Part shown: positions 39,621 through 53,877 of the stretch, piece by piece
Numbering within the stretch: the first letter of the stretch is position 1
Layout of the letters: each line of letters starts with the position of its first letter
Assembly: GCF_006345805.1 (NCBI RefSeq)
Contig: NC_043005.1
Location: 9,610,001-9,674,000, forward strand
DNA: 64,000 bases
Reading direction: 5' to 3'
Source: Octopus sinensis
Taxonomy: Eukaryota
Notes under the pieces: model-generated
The model's database searches: none
Told to the model about the DNA's origin: nothing
Seen by the model: the letters and a program-made list of their open reading frames with translations, nothing else
Program-made: the position numbers and the translations under genes

Positions 39621-40185
39621 TTGGGTTGTCCGGAAAATTCGTGCTGATTTATAGTAGCTTACTTTCCGACTTATTTTAGAACATGGTTGAGTTCATAAAA
39701 TAGGATTTGACTACACCTCCATTTAGAGCAAAGTTTAAGCTATATTTTCGTGGAAGAAGGGTTATGTTCCTATAACCTGTGTTGATTCTGTAACACTTTA
39801 AAATGGAAGATAAGAAAGTTCATTTTCGGCACTTGATGCTTTGGGAACCAGACAAAAATTGCTGCAGCTCGGCTGGGATGTGTTACCCCACCCTCCATAT
39901 TCACCAGATATTGCTCCTTCGGATTTCCATTTATTCAGGTCTCTACAGAATAGTCTTAAAGGTAAAATTTCAATTCCTTGGCTGACGTAAAGAGATACCT
40001 TGATGAACTCTTTGCCATGAAACCATTTTATTTCTGGGAAGAGGGTATTTTGAAGTTAAAGGAAAGATGGAGACGCATTGTGCAACAAAATGGTTCATAT
40101 TTGGTTGATTAAAGATGTAATGGCAAGTATTTATTAACCTTTAGCTTTCCTTTAAAAATCTGCACGAATTTTCCGGACAACCCAA
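39621..40185 (+). mobile_element. Internally deleted mariner (565 bp)
   Basis: 29-bp TIRs with 1 mismatch. MEDKKVHFRHLMLWE is joined to QLGWDVLPHPPYSPDIAPSDFHLFRSLQN...RWRRIVQQNGSY. Right-hand TA is present; left-hand TA is not intact. Confidence 0.93.
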
Positions 40186-40191
40186 TATATA

Positions 40192-40237
<46 letters not shown>

Positions 40238-41169
40238 CCTCGAGCCCACAACAGTAAACAAGAGAGAAAGAGAAAGGCAGAAACAAGGAAAATGCCACTT
40301 ATATTTGAATAGTATACAAATATTCTTTTAAAAAACTTTTCTCGTAATTTTTCTAAATTTAATTATTTAATTGTTACAGTTGAAAAGGTCTCAATGATTG
40401 AAACCGTTGCTGAAATGTTCTTTATAAAATTATTTTATTTTCTATCCTGACTTGTTTTTTCATACACCCCCCCGCCACACACATATATATATATATATAT
40501 ACACATATACTTAACCACGCAGATTTTTACGTCACGATGTGATTCGAACTGTCGTTATGGTGTTAGTAATAGAACGAATTTGTCATCAACCGGAAATCGA
40601 GATCTTTTGCGAAACTTGGCTGAATATATCTGTTCATCTGGCAGATGAAATGATACGTTGATGTTGTTGTGTTTGGCGGTTCACAAGTGCTCGAGTGAAA
40701 TGTGATGTGACACTTTTTCCTATCATTGAACACGCCCCACTACCAAAAAATAGATTTAAAGCAGCTGTTGCCACATCTAGAACATTAGGTTAGATGGGAA
40801 TATAAAAAGACTACATCGATGCAAAAGGAGGAAAATATATTGATAAGGAAAGAAGAGAAGTAATTACAGTAAATCAGACAATCACCTGCGTCATTTGTTA
40901 AACCTTTATTACAGACGAATAGACATGTCACACATAAACACACGCACACGCACAGAGGAACGCACCTACATACACAGACACACACACGTGGATATATATA
41001 CAGATAATACTATTAAAAATAAAAGTGACATTGCATTATATGCACGGGCTCTGTGATAAACACATCTGTACGTCATCATAATCATATTGGTAATTTGGTT
41101 ATTTGCTTACACACACAGACAGACACACACACACACACTCGCACACACACAAAAATACATACATACATG

Positions 41170-41339
41170 GATGCATTCATACATACATAAATACATACAC
41201 ACATACATACATATATAAATACATACATGCATACATGCATACATACATATATAAATACATACATGCATACATGCACACATACATATATAAATACATACAT
41301 GCATACATGCACGCATACATATATAAATACATACATACA

Positions 41340-41368
<29 letters not shown>
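41170..41368. repeat. 28-bp minisatellite (ACATACATATATAAATACATACATGCAT) grading into (TACA)n
   Basis: About 5-6 units seen directly. Confidence 0.88.
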
Positions 41369-41373
<5 letters not shown>

Positions 41374-41380
41374 CATAAGT

Positions 41381-41603
41381 CGAGCTGGCAGAAACGTTAA
41401 TACGCCGTGCGAAATGTTTAGCAGTATTTCGTCTGCCGTTACGTTCTGAGTTCAAATTCCGCCGAGGTCGACTTTGCCTTTCATCCTTTCAGGGTCGATA
41501 AATTAAGTACCAGTTACGCGCTGAGGGTCGATGTAATCGACTTAATCCCTTTGTCCTCGTTTGTCCCCTCTATGTTTAGCTCTTTGTGGGCAAGAAAGAA
41601 ATA
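41381..41603 (+). mobile_element. SINE family D (Meta/MESC-like central block; name inferred)
   Basis: B-box-like GAGTTCAAATTCC, then GAGGTCGACTTTGCCTTTCATCCTTTC..GGTCGATAAATTAAGTACC, and an AAAGAAATA tail. Confidence 0.85.
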
Positions 41604-42048
41604 ATACATATTACGTACATACAAACATACATACATACATACATACATATGTACACACAACTATATTTTGCAAGATCAGAAAACTAATTCCTGACGAAAA
41701 ACCTTCGCTTAAGCAAATTTACAATGGCGATGAAACGTGATCATGTCGATGAAACATTGCTGATAAGTAAAATAACCTTGCCAACACAATAATCTAAATA
41801 AATATAAGAAAAATAATTTAACTGCACACACACGCTGATGGCCAGTTATCAACAGGTGATATGGATTCCACTGATACGGGGGTAAGAGATCGATCGCTTA
41901 TTCCTCGAAAACAGACGTAACAAACAGCACGTGATGTGTGTGTGTGGCTTTGAACATTGAGCGTTCTTGTCAGTCTGGTTGTTGGAGGTAAAGTAAATAC
42001 AAGTATAAAGTTGTGATGGCTGTTGTAAGCGACTGTTTGAGAGGGTGG

Positions 42049-42277
42049 AAGGACGGACGGACGGGTGGATGGATGGATGGATGGATGGATGGATGGATGG
42101 ATGGACGGACGGATGGATTGATGGATGGATGGATGGATGGATGGATGGTTGGATTGATGGATGGATGGATGGATGGATGGTTGGATGGATGGATGGATGG
42201 ATGGATGGGTGGATGGATGGTTGGATTGATGGATGGATGGATGGATGGATGGATGGATGGATGGATGGACGGGTGGG

Positions 42278-42312
<35 letters not shown>

Positions 42313-42752
42313 ATGGACGGACGGACGGACGGATGGATGGATGGACGGACGGACGGACGGATGGATGGATGGATGGATGGATGGACGGACGGATGGATTG
42401 ATGGATGGATGGATGGATGGACGGACGGACGGACGGATGGATGGATGGATGGACAGACGGACGGATGGATGGATGGACGGACGGACGGATGGATGGATGG
42501 ATGGATGGATGGATGGATGGATGGATGGATGGATGGACGGACGGATGGATTGATGGATGGATGGCTGGATGGATGGTTGGATTGATGGATTGATGGATGG
42601 ATGGTTGGATGGATGGATGGATGGATGGATGGATGGGTGGGTGGATGGATGGTTGGATTGATGGATGGATGGATGGATGGATGGATGGATGGATGGATGG
42701 ATGGATGGAAGGATGGATGGATGGATGGATGGACGGGTGGGTGGATAGACGG

Positions 42753-42788
<36 letters not shown>

Positions 42789-43280
42789 ATGGATGGACGG
42801 ATGGACGGACGGACGGACGGACGGACGGATGGATGGACGGACGGACGGACGGACGGACGGATGGATGGATGGATGGATGGATGGATGGACGGAGGGATGG
42901 ATTGATGGATGGATGGATGGATGGATGGATGGTTGGTTGGATTCATGGATGGATGGATGGATGGTTGGATGGATGGACGGGCGGGTGGATGGACGGATGG
43001 ATGGATGGTTGGATTGATGGATGGATGGATGGATGGATGGATGGATGAACGGACGGATGGATTGATGGATGGATGGATGGACGGACGGACGGATGGATTG
43101 ATTGATGGATGGATGGATGGATGGATGGATGGTTGGATTGATGGATGGATGGATGGATGGATGGATGGTTGGATGGATGGATGAATGGATGGATGGATGG
43201 ATGGGTGGATGGGTGGATGGTTGGATTGATGGATGGATGGATGGATGGATGGATGAACGGACGGATGGATTGATGGATGG

Positions 43281-43316
<36 letters not shown>

Positions 43317-43357
43317 ATGGATGGATGGATGGATGGATGGATGGACGGGTGGGTGGA
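42049..43357. repeat. ~1.3-kb (GGAT)n array with GGAC/GGTT/GATT/GGGT variants
   Basis: Seen directly; it explains all ORFs from 41849 to 43918. Confidence 0.97.
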
Positions 43358-43832
43358 TGTTACAAGTGTGAAACTGTAGCAACTTTGCTGTGTGGTTTGT
43401 TGTAAAGGACGGTGACGTATCGCTTCTGTGTCATGATGAAAGCTTAGGTCTTGTTCTTTGGGAATTACATGTTCAGAGAGGGAGAGAGAAAGAAGCAGAG
43501 AAAGGGAGACAGAGAGTGGCAGGTAGGTAAGTTTTAGAGAGGAAATGAGGGAAGAAGAGGTTAAGAGAAGAAAAAAATGGAATGAATCAAAGCGATAAGC
43601 GAAAAGGTATATAAATAGCATATGTGTACAAACGTTCATCTGTAGGTTCACACACACGCAAACACACACACACACACACATGTATGCGCATACACATTCA
43701 CACACAGATGCAAACATGAAATTACAGTAATAGTCACACGCGCATGAATATACACGTGTATACAGTGAAGGAGAGGAAGAGAGAAAGAGAAACAGTCTGA
43801 AAGAGAAAAGGAGAGATGTATGCAGATAATGG

Positions 43833-43872
<40 letters not shown>

Positions 43873-43873
43873 C

Positions 43874-43905
<32 letters not shown>

Positions 43906-44477
43906 GCGTGTTTGCCAACAGACATTCACGTATGTATGTTTATGTATGTATGTATTTATGTATGTATATGTATATATATATAATATATATATAATATATA
44001 TAATATATATAATATATATATATATATATTATATATATATATATTATATATATATATGTTTATATATATATATTTATAATATCTGTATATGCATATATGT
44101 ATACATGCGTTTGTGTGTGTATGTGTGTCCGTACATATACGTGTGTTTGCGTGTGTATGTGTTCATGTATATGTGTGTATACGTGCGCGTGTACAGTGAG
44201 ACAGACAGAAATACTGAAACACAGATATATAGATATAGACAGAGCGACAAACAGACAGACAAGGGTCTTCTATATTCATAATTCTGCAGCACATACAGTT
44301 GAGTAATTGTAAGAGACTCACGTGTCGACAAAATAAAAATAGCAACGGTATTATTTATCAGCGAATTCTTAAAAAATAAAAAAATTCAAAATAAATGTAA
44401 CGTAGGCCGTGTCTTGAGTTCTACTTCTCTTATCGCCAACTGTATCAGTAAGCACAGATATATATTGGTATATATAC

Positions 44478-44524
<47 letters not shown>

Positions 44525-45206
44525 ATATATGTGTACATATATATATGGTTAATTAATGAGGGTAGAAATTAATATTATTAATTAATATTAATTTAAACCA
44601 GTGGCTAGCATACTTAAAAAGTGTCCGAGGACTACGAAATATATTACAAATATAAATAAGTGCCATAGGTGATCATGTTAGTGATCACCGTTAGATCATC
44701 GGTCGCACCGATGATCTACGGACATTTATGTAAGTAAAATTACGTAATAGTGAAATATGTATGCGAATAATCCATATTTTTATTGCTTTTTCTTTTGTAT
44801 TGCTCGATTACGTTTTGGTTATTTTGCTAAATTTTTCTTGAGAACATTACTTAGTGGTAAGACCATAGCGGATCTATTCCTTGCATAAGGGTGTCCACAT
44901 AGTGGTTTCCCTCTAATATGTATATAATACAATTTTACTGGACCTTCAGTTCTTTTATATGCTAGACCACTGATGTGAAATCGATGTTAATTAAATTAAT
45001 ATCTAATTTCTAACCCACACTATAAATTTAAATTTAAATTATATATATATATACAAACACACATATATATAACTGCATTCATATTAGACAATCTCGCACA
45101 TGCACACATATATACATACACACGCACACACACACCTTTTACGGACAGCTCCAAGCTGCCTATGTTCTTACACATTGATCATCGGATTTTGCGTTTACAC
45201 ACACAG

Positions 45207-45267
<61 letters not shown>

Positions 45268-45315
45268 ATATAATATATATATATATATATTATATATATA
45301 TATACATAAAAGAGT

Positions 45316-46620
45316 GTATAAAGATATATACACAAAGAGAAGACACGTGGTAGGACTTCTTACAAGCTAAAAGGGGCAGTTAAACCCAATCACGAAACAG
45401 TAATTCTAAAGGCACGCCGATAAAGCACTAGAATGAAAGGAATTATGATTTATAGTTAATCCCGTACTCGAGTTTCCCTACTGATAGGCAATTAAATTAA
45501 TTTGTCATCCGTAGTTCAGCGGGGAGGGGGATCGCTAAGGCAATCCATAATTATGTAGATTAATACGTGCCGAACAAAATATGTGGGGGCTGCATCCTTA
45601 CAACACAACTGATTCAATTCAAATGCGAAGTCGCATTCACATGGCCAGCAGCAAACAATTAATTTTACACTGCGTACTACAAGCCTCAGATTTAGGAAGC
45701 TTTACTCTGTAAATCATGAGGTAAAAAATTAGAATAATTTATTAGCAGTGGTTCGCATGCGTAATAAAAGTCATAAGACAACATATTTTCATATATAAGA
45801 ATTTATAAAGATACTAGCAGTATCGCCCGGCGTTGCTCGGGTTTGTAAGGGAAATAACTATATAAGCATTTTTAGAGAGTTACTTCCCTTATAGATGCCA
45901 ATTCGGGCTTTCTTAGCCATTTCTGTTTTGGTGTCTTCAAGTCATGAAGTCGTTGTTCTAAAAGAACGCTGGTCTCCTTGACAACGCTTTACGACGTTGA
46001 CTTCCTTACACTCCCATCTCCACAGCTTCACGAGGGAGGGAAGAAGGGGGAGAAGCAAACAGGTGCAGGTGTGACCATGGACGCCAACTCCGCCGCCATC
46101 GACACACGAAAAATTATGCATTAAAATGGAATAAAAAATTATGTTAAATTATTTTTAAAATCGTAGACTCATCGTAGACGCGCGCTAATACTCAGACGGA
46201 CTCGATTTGAATCACGACTATAAGATACCCGAATTTGGTTAAACTGCATCGCAAAATGTGGGAGTAGTTAGGAATCTAAATCGAAGGGGACAGACACTCA
46301 CACAACTACAATTTTATATATATAGATATACACAAAGAGAAGACTCGTGGCAAGATTTCTTACATAGTAAAAAGGGCAGTTAAACCCAAACCACGAAAAA
46401 ATAATTCTAAAGACACGCCGATAAAGCACTAGAATGAAAGGAACTATTATTTATAGTTAATCCCATACTCGAGTTTCCCTATAGATGAGCAAATAAATTA
46501 ATTTGTCACCCGTAGTACATCGGTAGGATCGCTAAAACAATACATAATTATGTTGCTTAACACGTACCGGAAATCCCGTGTGAGCTGCATCCTTATAAAA
46601 TACATTCAAATCAAGTGCGC
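45316..46620. repeat. Old tandem duplication (unit ~490 bp; the second copy is interrupted by a Helitron and only ~300 bp still align)
   Basis: CACAAAGAGAAGAC..GCCGATAAAGCACTAGAATGAAAGGAA..TACTCGAGTTTCCCTA occurs at 45331-45600 and 46331-46600. Confidence 0.85.
45814..46326 (-). mobile_element. Non-autonomous Helitron, copy 3 (longest)
   Basis: The minus strand runs TC...CCCGAGCAACGCCGGG-CGATACTG-CTAG, with an A|T target. Confidence 0.88.
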
Positions 46621-47385
46621 AGGTAATAAATCATATATATATATATATATATATATACATGCGTGTATGTGTGTATGTGAGCGTGGGTGTCTAATTCTGC
46701 ACGTGTGTGTGCATTTTATTTGAAACTGATTAGAGACAGTGGGTTTCAACGTTTTTGCATTTACTTTTCTTTAGTGAGTACAATTTTTCTGTGGTCATAT
46801 CTAATGTAATGTTCGAAGAACGTCGTTATTGTCAGGTTTCTTGAATGTTATTTTCAGAAATTTCTGAGATCTGTTCATGGTTCAGTCTTTCTCTTTCTAT
46901 AAAATTGATAAGCCGTCAATTCTATAAAAACCTCTCTATATATACAAATAAAAGACACAAAGACAGAAAGCTTAAATAAAAGATTACAGGTTTAAAATTT
47001 ACTGTAGTGTTGTCAGTCAAAATATCAAATTACAATATTGAACAATAGACAGAAAAACTGTCATTAAAAAATAATTATATTCAGTTGCATTTCATACTGT
47101 CTATTTTTAATACTCTATATTGAGGTTTTTGTGTAACAAAGAAGAATAATGTCTATAAACATTCATATATATATATACACGGGGGTAGAAACAGTAGGGT
47201 TCTCTACTGTGAAGATTTTCTCCAGTTTAATCTTCAAATGCTTTCATATATAAGATTACATACAACCAAGCATTATTATATATATACACACATACACACA
47301 CGTATAAATATATATGCACATATATGCATATATATATACACATGTATAAATATATATACATATATAAATGCGCATACATTTATAT

Positions 47386-47426
<41 letters not shown>

Positions 47427-47474
47427 CACGCACACAAATACATATTTATATAAATATATATGTACATATATATG

Positions 47475-47506
<32 letters not shown>

Positions 47507-48139
47507 AAAAAGGAAATGAAGAAAATGCTGACAAATAATTGAAGTAATTTAAGTAATTTAATTAGGTGAAAGTTCTTTTTACCGGTTGCGCATTTGTTAT
47601 GCTTATCAAAATATATATATATATATGTACATTTATATTTATATATATATTTATATATATATTTATAGATACATTTATAAATACATATATATGTAAGTAT
47701 ATGTATATATGTGTGTGTATGTCTATACACATACATACATACATATATATATATGTTATGTGTGTGTGTATTTATACATGGCGCGGATACTGTTGAATTT
47801 CTCTCGACCGGGTGGTCCAGAGACGCAACTTAATCAACGTTGCAGACTGAATTTTAGAGCTAGAGTTCTAAATGTATTCAGAGTTACCTCTGTTCGGTAA
47901 TTTCCATTGAGGTAGGGTAAAATATCAGACACGCTGCGTCTGCGAATCCAGATAGAGTACTTTTACACCGTTTACCATAAGCGAGAAATTTGCCTTTAGG
48001 AATTGAAATATATCATAAAGTTATTTTCACTAATCTAAAATTCCCGCATGTCTAATTACTGCTTGGCGCTGATACAGTTGAATATTTATCTATTTGTCTA
48101 TGCATCTATCCATTCATTTTTCTTTCTATCCATCAATCA

Positions 48140-48235
<96 letters not shown>

Positions 48236-48679
48236 GGCACGTATGAATGACGAAGCCACCTTGACTATGATTCTATGAACCGTAAAAATTAATACAGAGA
48301 GTTGCTTATTTGCAAAAAAAAAAAAAAGAAATATAACATGTGACTTCATTGACCGAGGTTACCGTGGTCTTTTCCGTAGGCTTTTCTTTCCACGGGTAAA
48401 CCTCACCTGTCCTCCCCTTTACACTTCATATTGACATTTCTGTGATAACGATCCCTATTATTAATTTTTTGTTTTTTTTTGCTCTCCCCCCCCCTTTTTT
48501 AACCCCTCCCTTTTTTTGTCCTCTTTCTTTCCTTTTACGATCCCTTTTGATCGAAAACCACCACTCCCCTTTTTTTTACCCCCAAAAGAAAAGCTCTACC
48601 TTGTAATTTGTTCTATCTGTGTGCAGCCCTGTGTGGCTAATAAAGAAACATATCTTTCTCTCTCTCTCTCTCTCTCTCT

Positions 48680-48715
<36 letters not shown>

Positions 48716-48718
<3 letters not shown>

Positions 48719-49151
48719 TGTACATTTAAACAGATAAGAGGCATCCATTATAGGATTCCTTGCACGCAAGAGAGGACACTTAAATTCCCAACGACTATTA
48801 GGGATAAAATTCCGAAGGGAATGAAATATAAAAACTTTTACCATCTAACTCCTGAACGAATGGTTTCAAACTTTTTTTAGCAAATAAAATAATTTGCTAG
48901 GCGAAGTCTTCTTCAGCCGGTACACCTTAGATTAAATATATATACACGAGGCAATCCAGTATATACCCCGTGCTTATACATTCTAATTTTTCAAATATAC
49001 CGCGCAAGCGCATGTCCTTGTCATCAGTAAATAGAATGCCGTCTTTTCGGTTCGAATTATCCAGAAAATTGGAGGTTTGGAATTTAACTATCCTGTCTAG
49101 CGTGCAAAGAATCCTATGATTGCTGCTTCATATGTGTTTAAATGTACACTG
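48716..49151. mobile_element. TA-flanked MITE with ~60-bp imperfect TIRs
   Basis: TA-CAGTGTACATTTAAACA ... TGTTTAAATGTACACTG-TA. Inner TIR parts ATAGGATTC..TTGCACGC / GCGTGCAA..GAATCCTAT also match. Confidence 0.85.
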
Positions 49152-49730
49152 TATTTATATGAATAACATATAAACTATTGACTAAATTTCTTTACACGCT
49201 AGGCCAGAGGTAATGGAAATTTCAAATATTTCTGATTACTCTTTGATATTATTAATTATATATATAGATATGTATGTATGTATGTGTGTATGTATGTATG
49301 TATGTATGTATGTATGTATGTATGTATGTATGTATGTATTTATTCAGTTGTAGGCATTAAACTTTTATATGCATAAGGATTTCTACGCTTAAATACACTT
49401 ACGCGTATGGCGGTATGTAACTTTATGTACGTAAGATTGTGAATTTAAATATATGTTTAAACATGGTATCGGATACAATATTAGTAACATGAGTTGGAGG
49501 AGGTACATGAACGCATGCACTATGCACGTATGCATATATGCATAAATATGCACGTAAATGCACATATCGCAATAGATATGTATATGGCATGTCTACGTAT
49601 ACATACATAAATATATACATACATATATAAATATCTATATATCTATACATACATACACACACACATATATATATGTATATATATGTATAGATGTACATAC
49701 AAACACACACACACACACACACATATATAT

Positions 49731-49785
<55 letters not shown>

Positions 49786-50330
49786 CGATTTACGCGACGA
49801 TCTTGATCCATTTCCGGTGAAATTTAGATGCAGTTTTTCACTAAACATGATTCACTTCCGGCACGTGTTTTTGTAACGTTCATCGAACGTGTCATGGGTA
49901 CGACTTGGGACTTTCCGAAATACCATACCAATGTCTTCGTGCTAGAAAGAAGATTTACGGCATGTACTGTTTGACTTTCTGTTTTGCCGCAACTTCGCAT
50001 TAAATGTTTTAATAATATTTAACAATAGAATGGATTTATGCCACAATTTGAAACGAATATTTAACAATATACATTGATTTACGAAACTATTTCTTATAAA
50101 AATTACACACATATATTTCTCCTTTTTGCGTCGTGTACATAAGTATGCGTAATTATGCATGAAATTTGTCTGTGTCCATGCTTAGACTCCTATGTACCTG
50201 CGTATACAAGTGTGTATATATGTATATATATTTGTGTGTAAGTGTGTGCATTGTTTTCTAACTATGTTTAACTTGTTGACGATGTACATTCTTAATTTTA
50301 AGAGAAAGATGGATGCCCTAAAATTAATAA

Positions 50331-50454
50331 ATCATCATCATCATTGTTCGACCGTGGTCGAGACAATGGAGTTTACCATGCTACGCCAGACTTCACGGTC
50401 CATCGTGGCATTACGGAGGTCCTGTTGCTGGATGCCTGTATCCCTGGAGGTTAC
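50331..50454 (-). mobile_element. RTE LINE, extreme 3' fragment
   Basis: CATCATCATTGTTCGACCGTGGTCGAGACAATGG, as at 21936 and 27081. Confidence 0.85.
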
Positions 50455-50903
50455 AAAAGAAGAAACAAAAAGAAATGAACAAACGAACAACCATAAATAA
50501 ATAAACAGTATTTATTCGAAATTAATATAAATGATAGCACTAAAAATAATGGAATAATTTGTTGAGAATTCGTTGTGGTAGACATAGTAGCATGTCGACT
50601 GATTATAGAAATCATTCTTTGATAAAGATTCCAGATTAAGGGTTTTACGTAGCTTCGTTTAAATTTCCCTTTTATGAATCGGAAAATTCTCATCCTTCAT
50701 TTCTCTTTTTTTTTTGTTGTCTCTCAAGATTTATATAAACAGGAAGGCATGTCGTGAACGGGTATACATTTAGTTGTTCAGCCATACCCGCATACATTCG
50801 TATAAATACACACAAACATGTACATTCATACAGTCACATTTATACAATTATATGTGTGTTACACACATGCTAAAATACCTGTATTTATATATGCATATAA
50901 TAT

Positions 50904-51269
50904 GGGGAAGCACTCCGTCGGTTACGACGACGAGGGTTCCGGTTGATCCGAATCAACGGAACAGCCTGCTCGTGAAATTAATGTGTAAGTGGCTGAGCAC
51001 TCCACAGACACGTGAACCCTTAACGTAGTTCTCGGGGATATTCAGCGTGACACAGAGAGTGACAAGGCCGGCCCTTTGAAATACAGGTACAACAGAAACA
51101 GGAAGTAAGAGTGAGAGAAAGTTGTGGTGAAAACGTACAGCAGGGATCACCACCATCCCCTGCCGGAGCCTCGTGGAGCGTTTAGGTGTTTTCGCTCAAT
51201 AAACACTCACAACGCCCGAATCGAAACCGCGAGTCCACTGCCCTAAACACTGGGCCATTGCGCCTCCAC
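50904..51269 (-). mobile_element. SINE family A, tail type A2
   Basis: 12-bp TSD TGCATATAATAT at 50892-50903 and 51270-51281. Confidence 0.92.
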
Positions 51270-51819
51270 TGCATATAATATATATTCATACGTATATACA
51301 TATATATACATAAATATTTAAGTATATATATAATATATATAATAGATGTAATACATGTGGAGACATATATATATAAGGGTGGTTCGTCTGAGGTTACTCA
51401 AACCAGATGGGTATGTTCGATTTTTAGCACTCACAAATTTAAATTTAACGAAATCTTGGGCTCATGACAGGAATGTTGGAATAAGTATGTAATTCTAGCG
51501 TCTCTATATCTAACTAACCCAGGAACGCGTTCTCAAGTAATCGATTTTCGAGTGATCTTTCGTTATTTTTCCCTCTATGCATACGTGAACTGTTTTTGAG
51601 TATACATTGTCTGGGAGACTCTTCTTATAGTAGAAGAAATAGCTAAATTCTTTGGCAGCTATTTCTAAAAGATCGGTGTGTGGTAAAGTAAATTTTTTTA
51701 CTGAACCCTTATTATATAAAGTAATGTTTAAATTTACCATAAATGGTCCTTTTACATACTGAACACTGCTTGGTAAAATTATTAATTACTAATTAATTAA
51801 TTTTACCCTTATTATTATT

Positions 51820-51875
<56 letters not shown>

Positions 51876-52001
51876 TACGGAAATAGAGAGGAATATTAGA
51901 GAGGGAGCAAAGACAGCTTGAAAATTGGAAAGACAGAGAGACAGATAGACAGATAAATAGATAGATGGATAGATAAACAGACAGACAAACAGGTAGGTAG
52001 G

Positions 52002-52089
<88 letters not shown>

Positions 52090-53184
52090 CATCTTTGTTC
52101 TTATGAAACCGAGCAAGTTGTCGAATACATTAGAGAAAGAATGGTAATGCAAAAAGGTTATGCTACATGTTTATCTTAGAGCTAGAATAGTAATGAAAAA
52201 TTATTATGATATATGTTTTTATTATGTGTAATATATCTCTATTTACTTACAAACTATATCGCGTGTTTAAGTAAACAGCATTTTAAACTTAATACGAGAA
52301 TATTTACACACTTACACATGTCTATAAAGTTAAACACACGTGATAACATCAGCAGGCACTAGAAAATGGTATAATCATTTTGTACCTTTTTTTATAGAAA
52401 TCTTTTTTTTCTTTCCTTTTTTAAATATTTACACATGGCCAAGTATTTACTAAGCGATATAATATTATACGAGAATGATTATTTGGGAGTGGAAGCGTGT
52501 AAATGGCAAAGCTATGAAAACTACCGCATAGAAATACAGAATTCTGCTTGAATTTTCGAAAATAATTTATTATACATTCCTGAAGAAGATACACAAATGT
52601 TGAAATGTATGGGGGTGTACGCAACTGCAGAAACACCATAACTTTACATAAAATATGAGGTATTATTTCAAAAAATTTACAAAAATCCTCTGACCTACTA
52701 CAGATAAAGTATTATTACTATGTAATCAATCATCCGGTCAATAAAGCCCCCATACGTTCTCATCGACCTGTCTTTAATTCAAATTATGTTCCTCCTTTGC
52801 CTACATTCCCCGTTATATACACAGGATAATTCGCTTTAAGAAATCAATCTTTATCCTCTTGAGTTGCTTCCTATAGTCACAAGAATCTTGTATAGTTCTC
52901 TTTTGTGGGGCAAATATCTTAATTATTGAAACACATGAATTTTTTTACAAATCTCTAAGGTATCTTGTATGACACTGCCTACTACTGACCTGCAGATCGA
53001 TTGATTTATAACCATCATTTCAACAAATGTCACACGTGATGGAGAGAGTTGCAAAAGTATATCTTTTGATTTCTGTCAGCCAGAAAGTGTACGGTTTTCA
53101 TAGAGCAACGAGTGTGTGTGCGTTTTAAAGACAGACATACAGTCAGACTGACAGACTGACAATCAGAGACAGAAAAAAATTAAT

Positions 53185-53203
53185 AGACTGATAGATAGAT
53201 AGG

Positions 53204-53283
<80 letters not shown>

Positions 53284-53373
53284 AATAGGGAGGTAGGTAG
53301 TAGGGAGGTAGGTAGGTAGGTAAGTAGGTAGGTAGGTGGAGATAGAGACAGATAGGTAGGTAGGTAGTTTGGC

Positions 53374-53450
<77 letters not shown>

Positions 53451-53468
53451 GATAGGTAGGTGGTTTGG

Positions 53469-53504
<36 letters not shown>

Positions 53505-53510
53505 GAGATT

Positions 53511-53552
<42 letters not shown>
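53185..53552. repeat. Compound (GATA)n/(GGTA)n/(TA)n/(GA)n microsatellite
   Basis: Seen directly. A similar (GATA)n lies at 51940-52088. Confidence 0.95.
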
Positions 53553-53556
<4 letters not shown>

Positions 53557-53877
53557 TATGTTGTTTTATGTAAAATGAAAACAGTATTTTCTCTACATGT
53601 GGAGAACCTCAATTAAATAAATTTTACACTTGTGACAGGGCAAGAAAGACAACCTATGCCGGTTAATTTACCACAAACTATCAAATATTCTGTTAATTCT
53701 AGCGTTCTCCAAACATCGGAATAACCCAGTTTTTCCTCAGTACCCTGCTCACTCTTTATTATTGACAAATACCCATTTCCAGGATGCATACGATGCTTCA
53801 CTGCTTCGTAACATTTCGGTTTCCTTTCTTAGTCACACAGTAACCAGAAACATGCCTGTCAATCCCCGTGAACAATA

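Noticed and set aside
41830-41880. Possible small exon ending at GGGG|GTAAGA
   Set aside because: The donor-like site lacks a polypyrimidine acceptor, and the peptide is not recognisable.
41849-43918. 689-aa and overlapping ORFs
   Set aside because: They are open only because (ATCC)n/(GGAT)n has no stop codons. The flanks give no recognisable protein or convincing splice context.
48355-48404. GC-richer bulged hairpin (GAGGTTACCGTGG / CCACGGGTAAACCTC)
   Set aside because: The stem is short and the 22-nt loop is large. It is a single copy and nothing suggests function.
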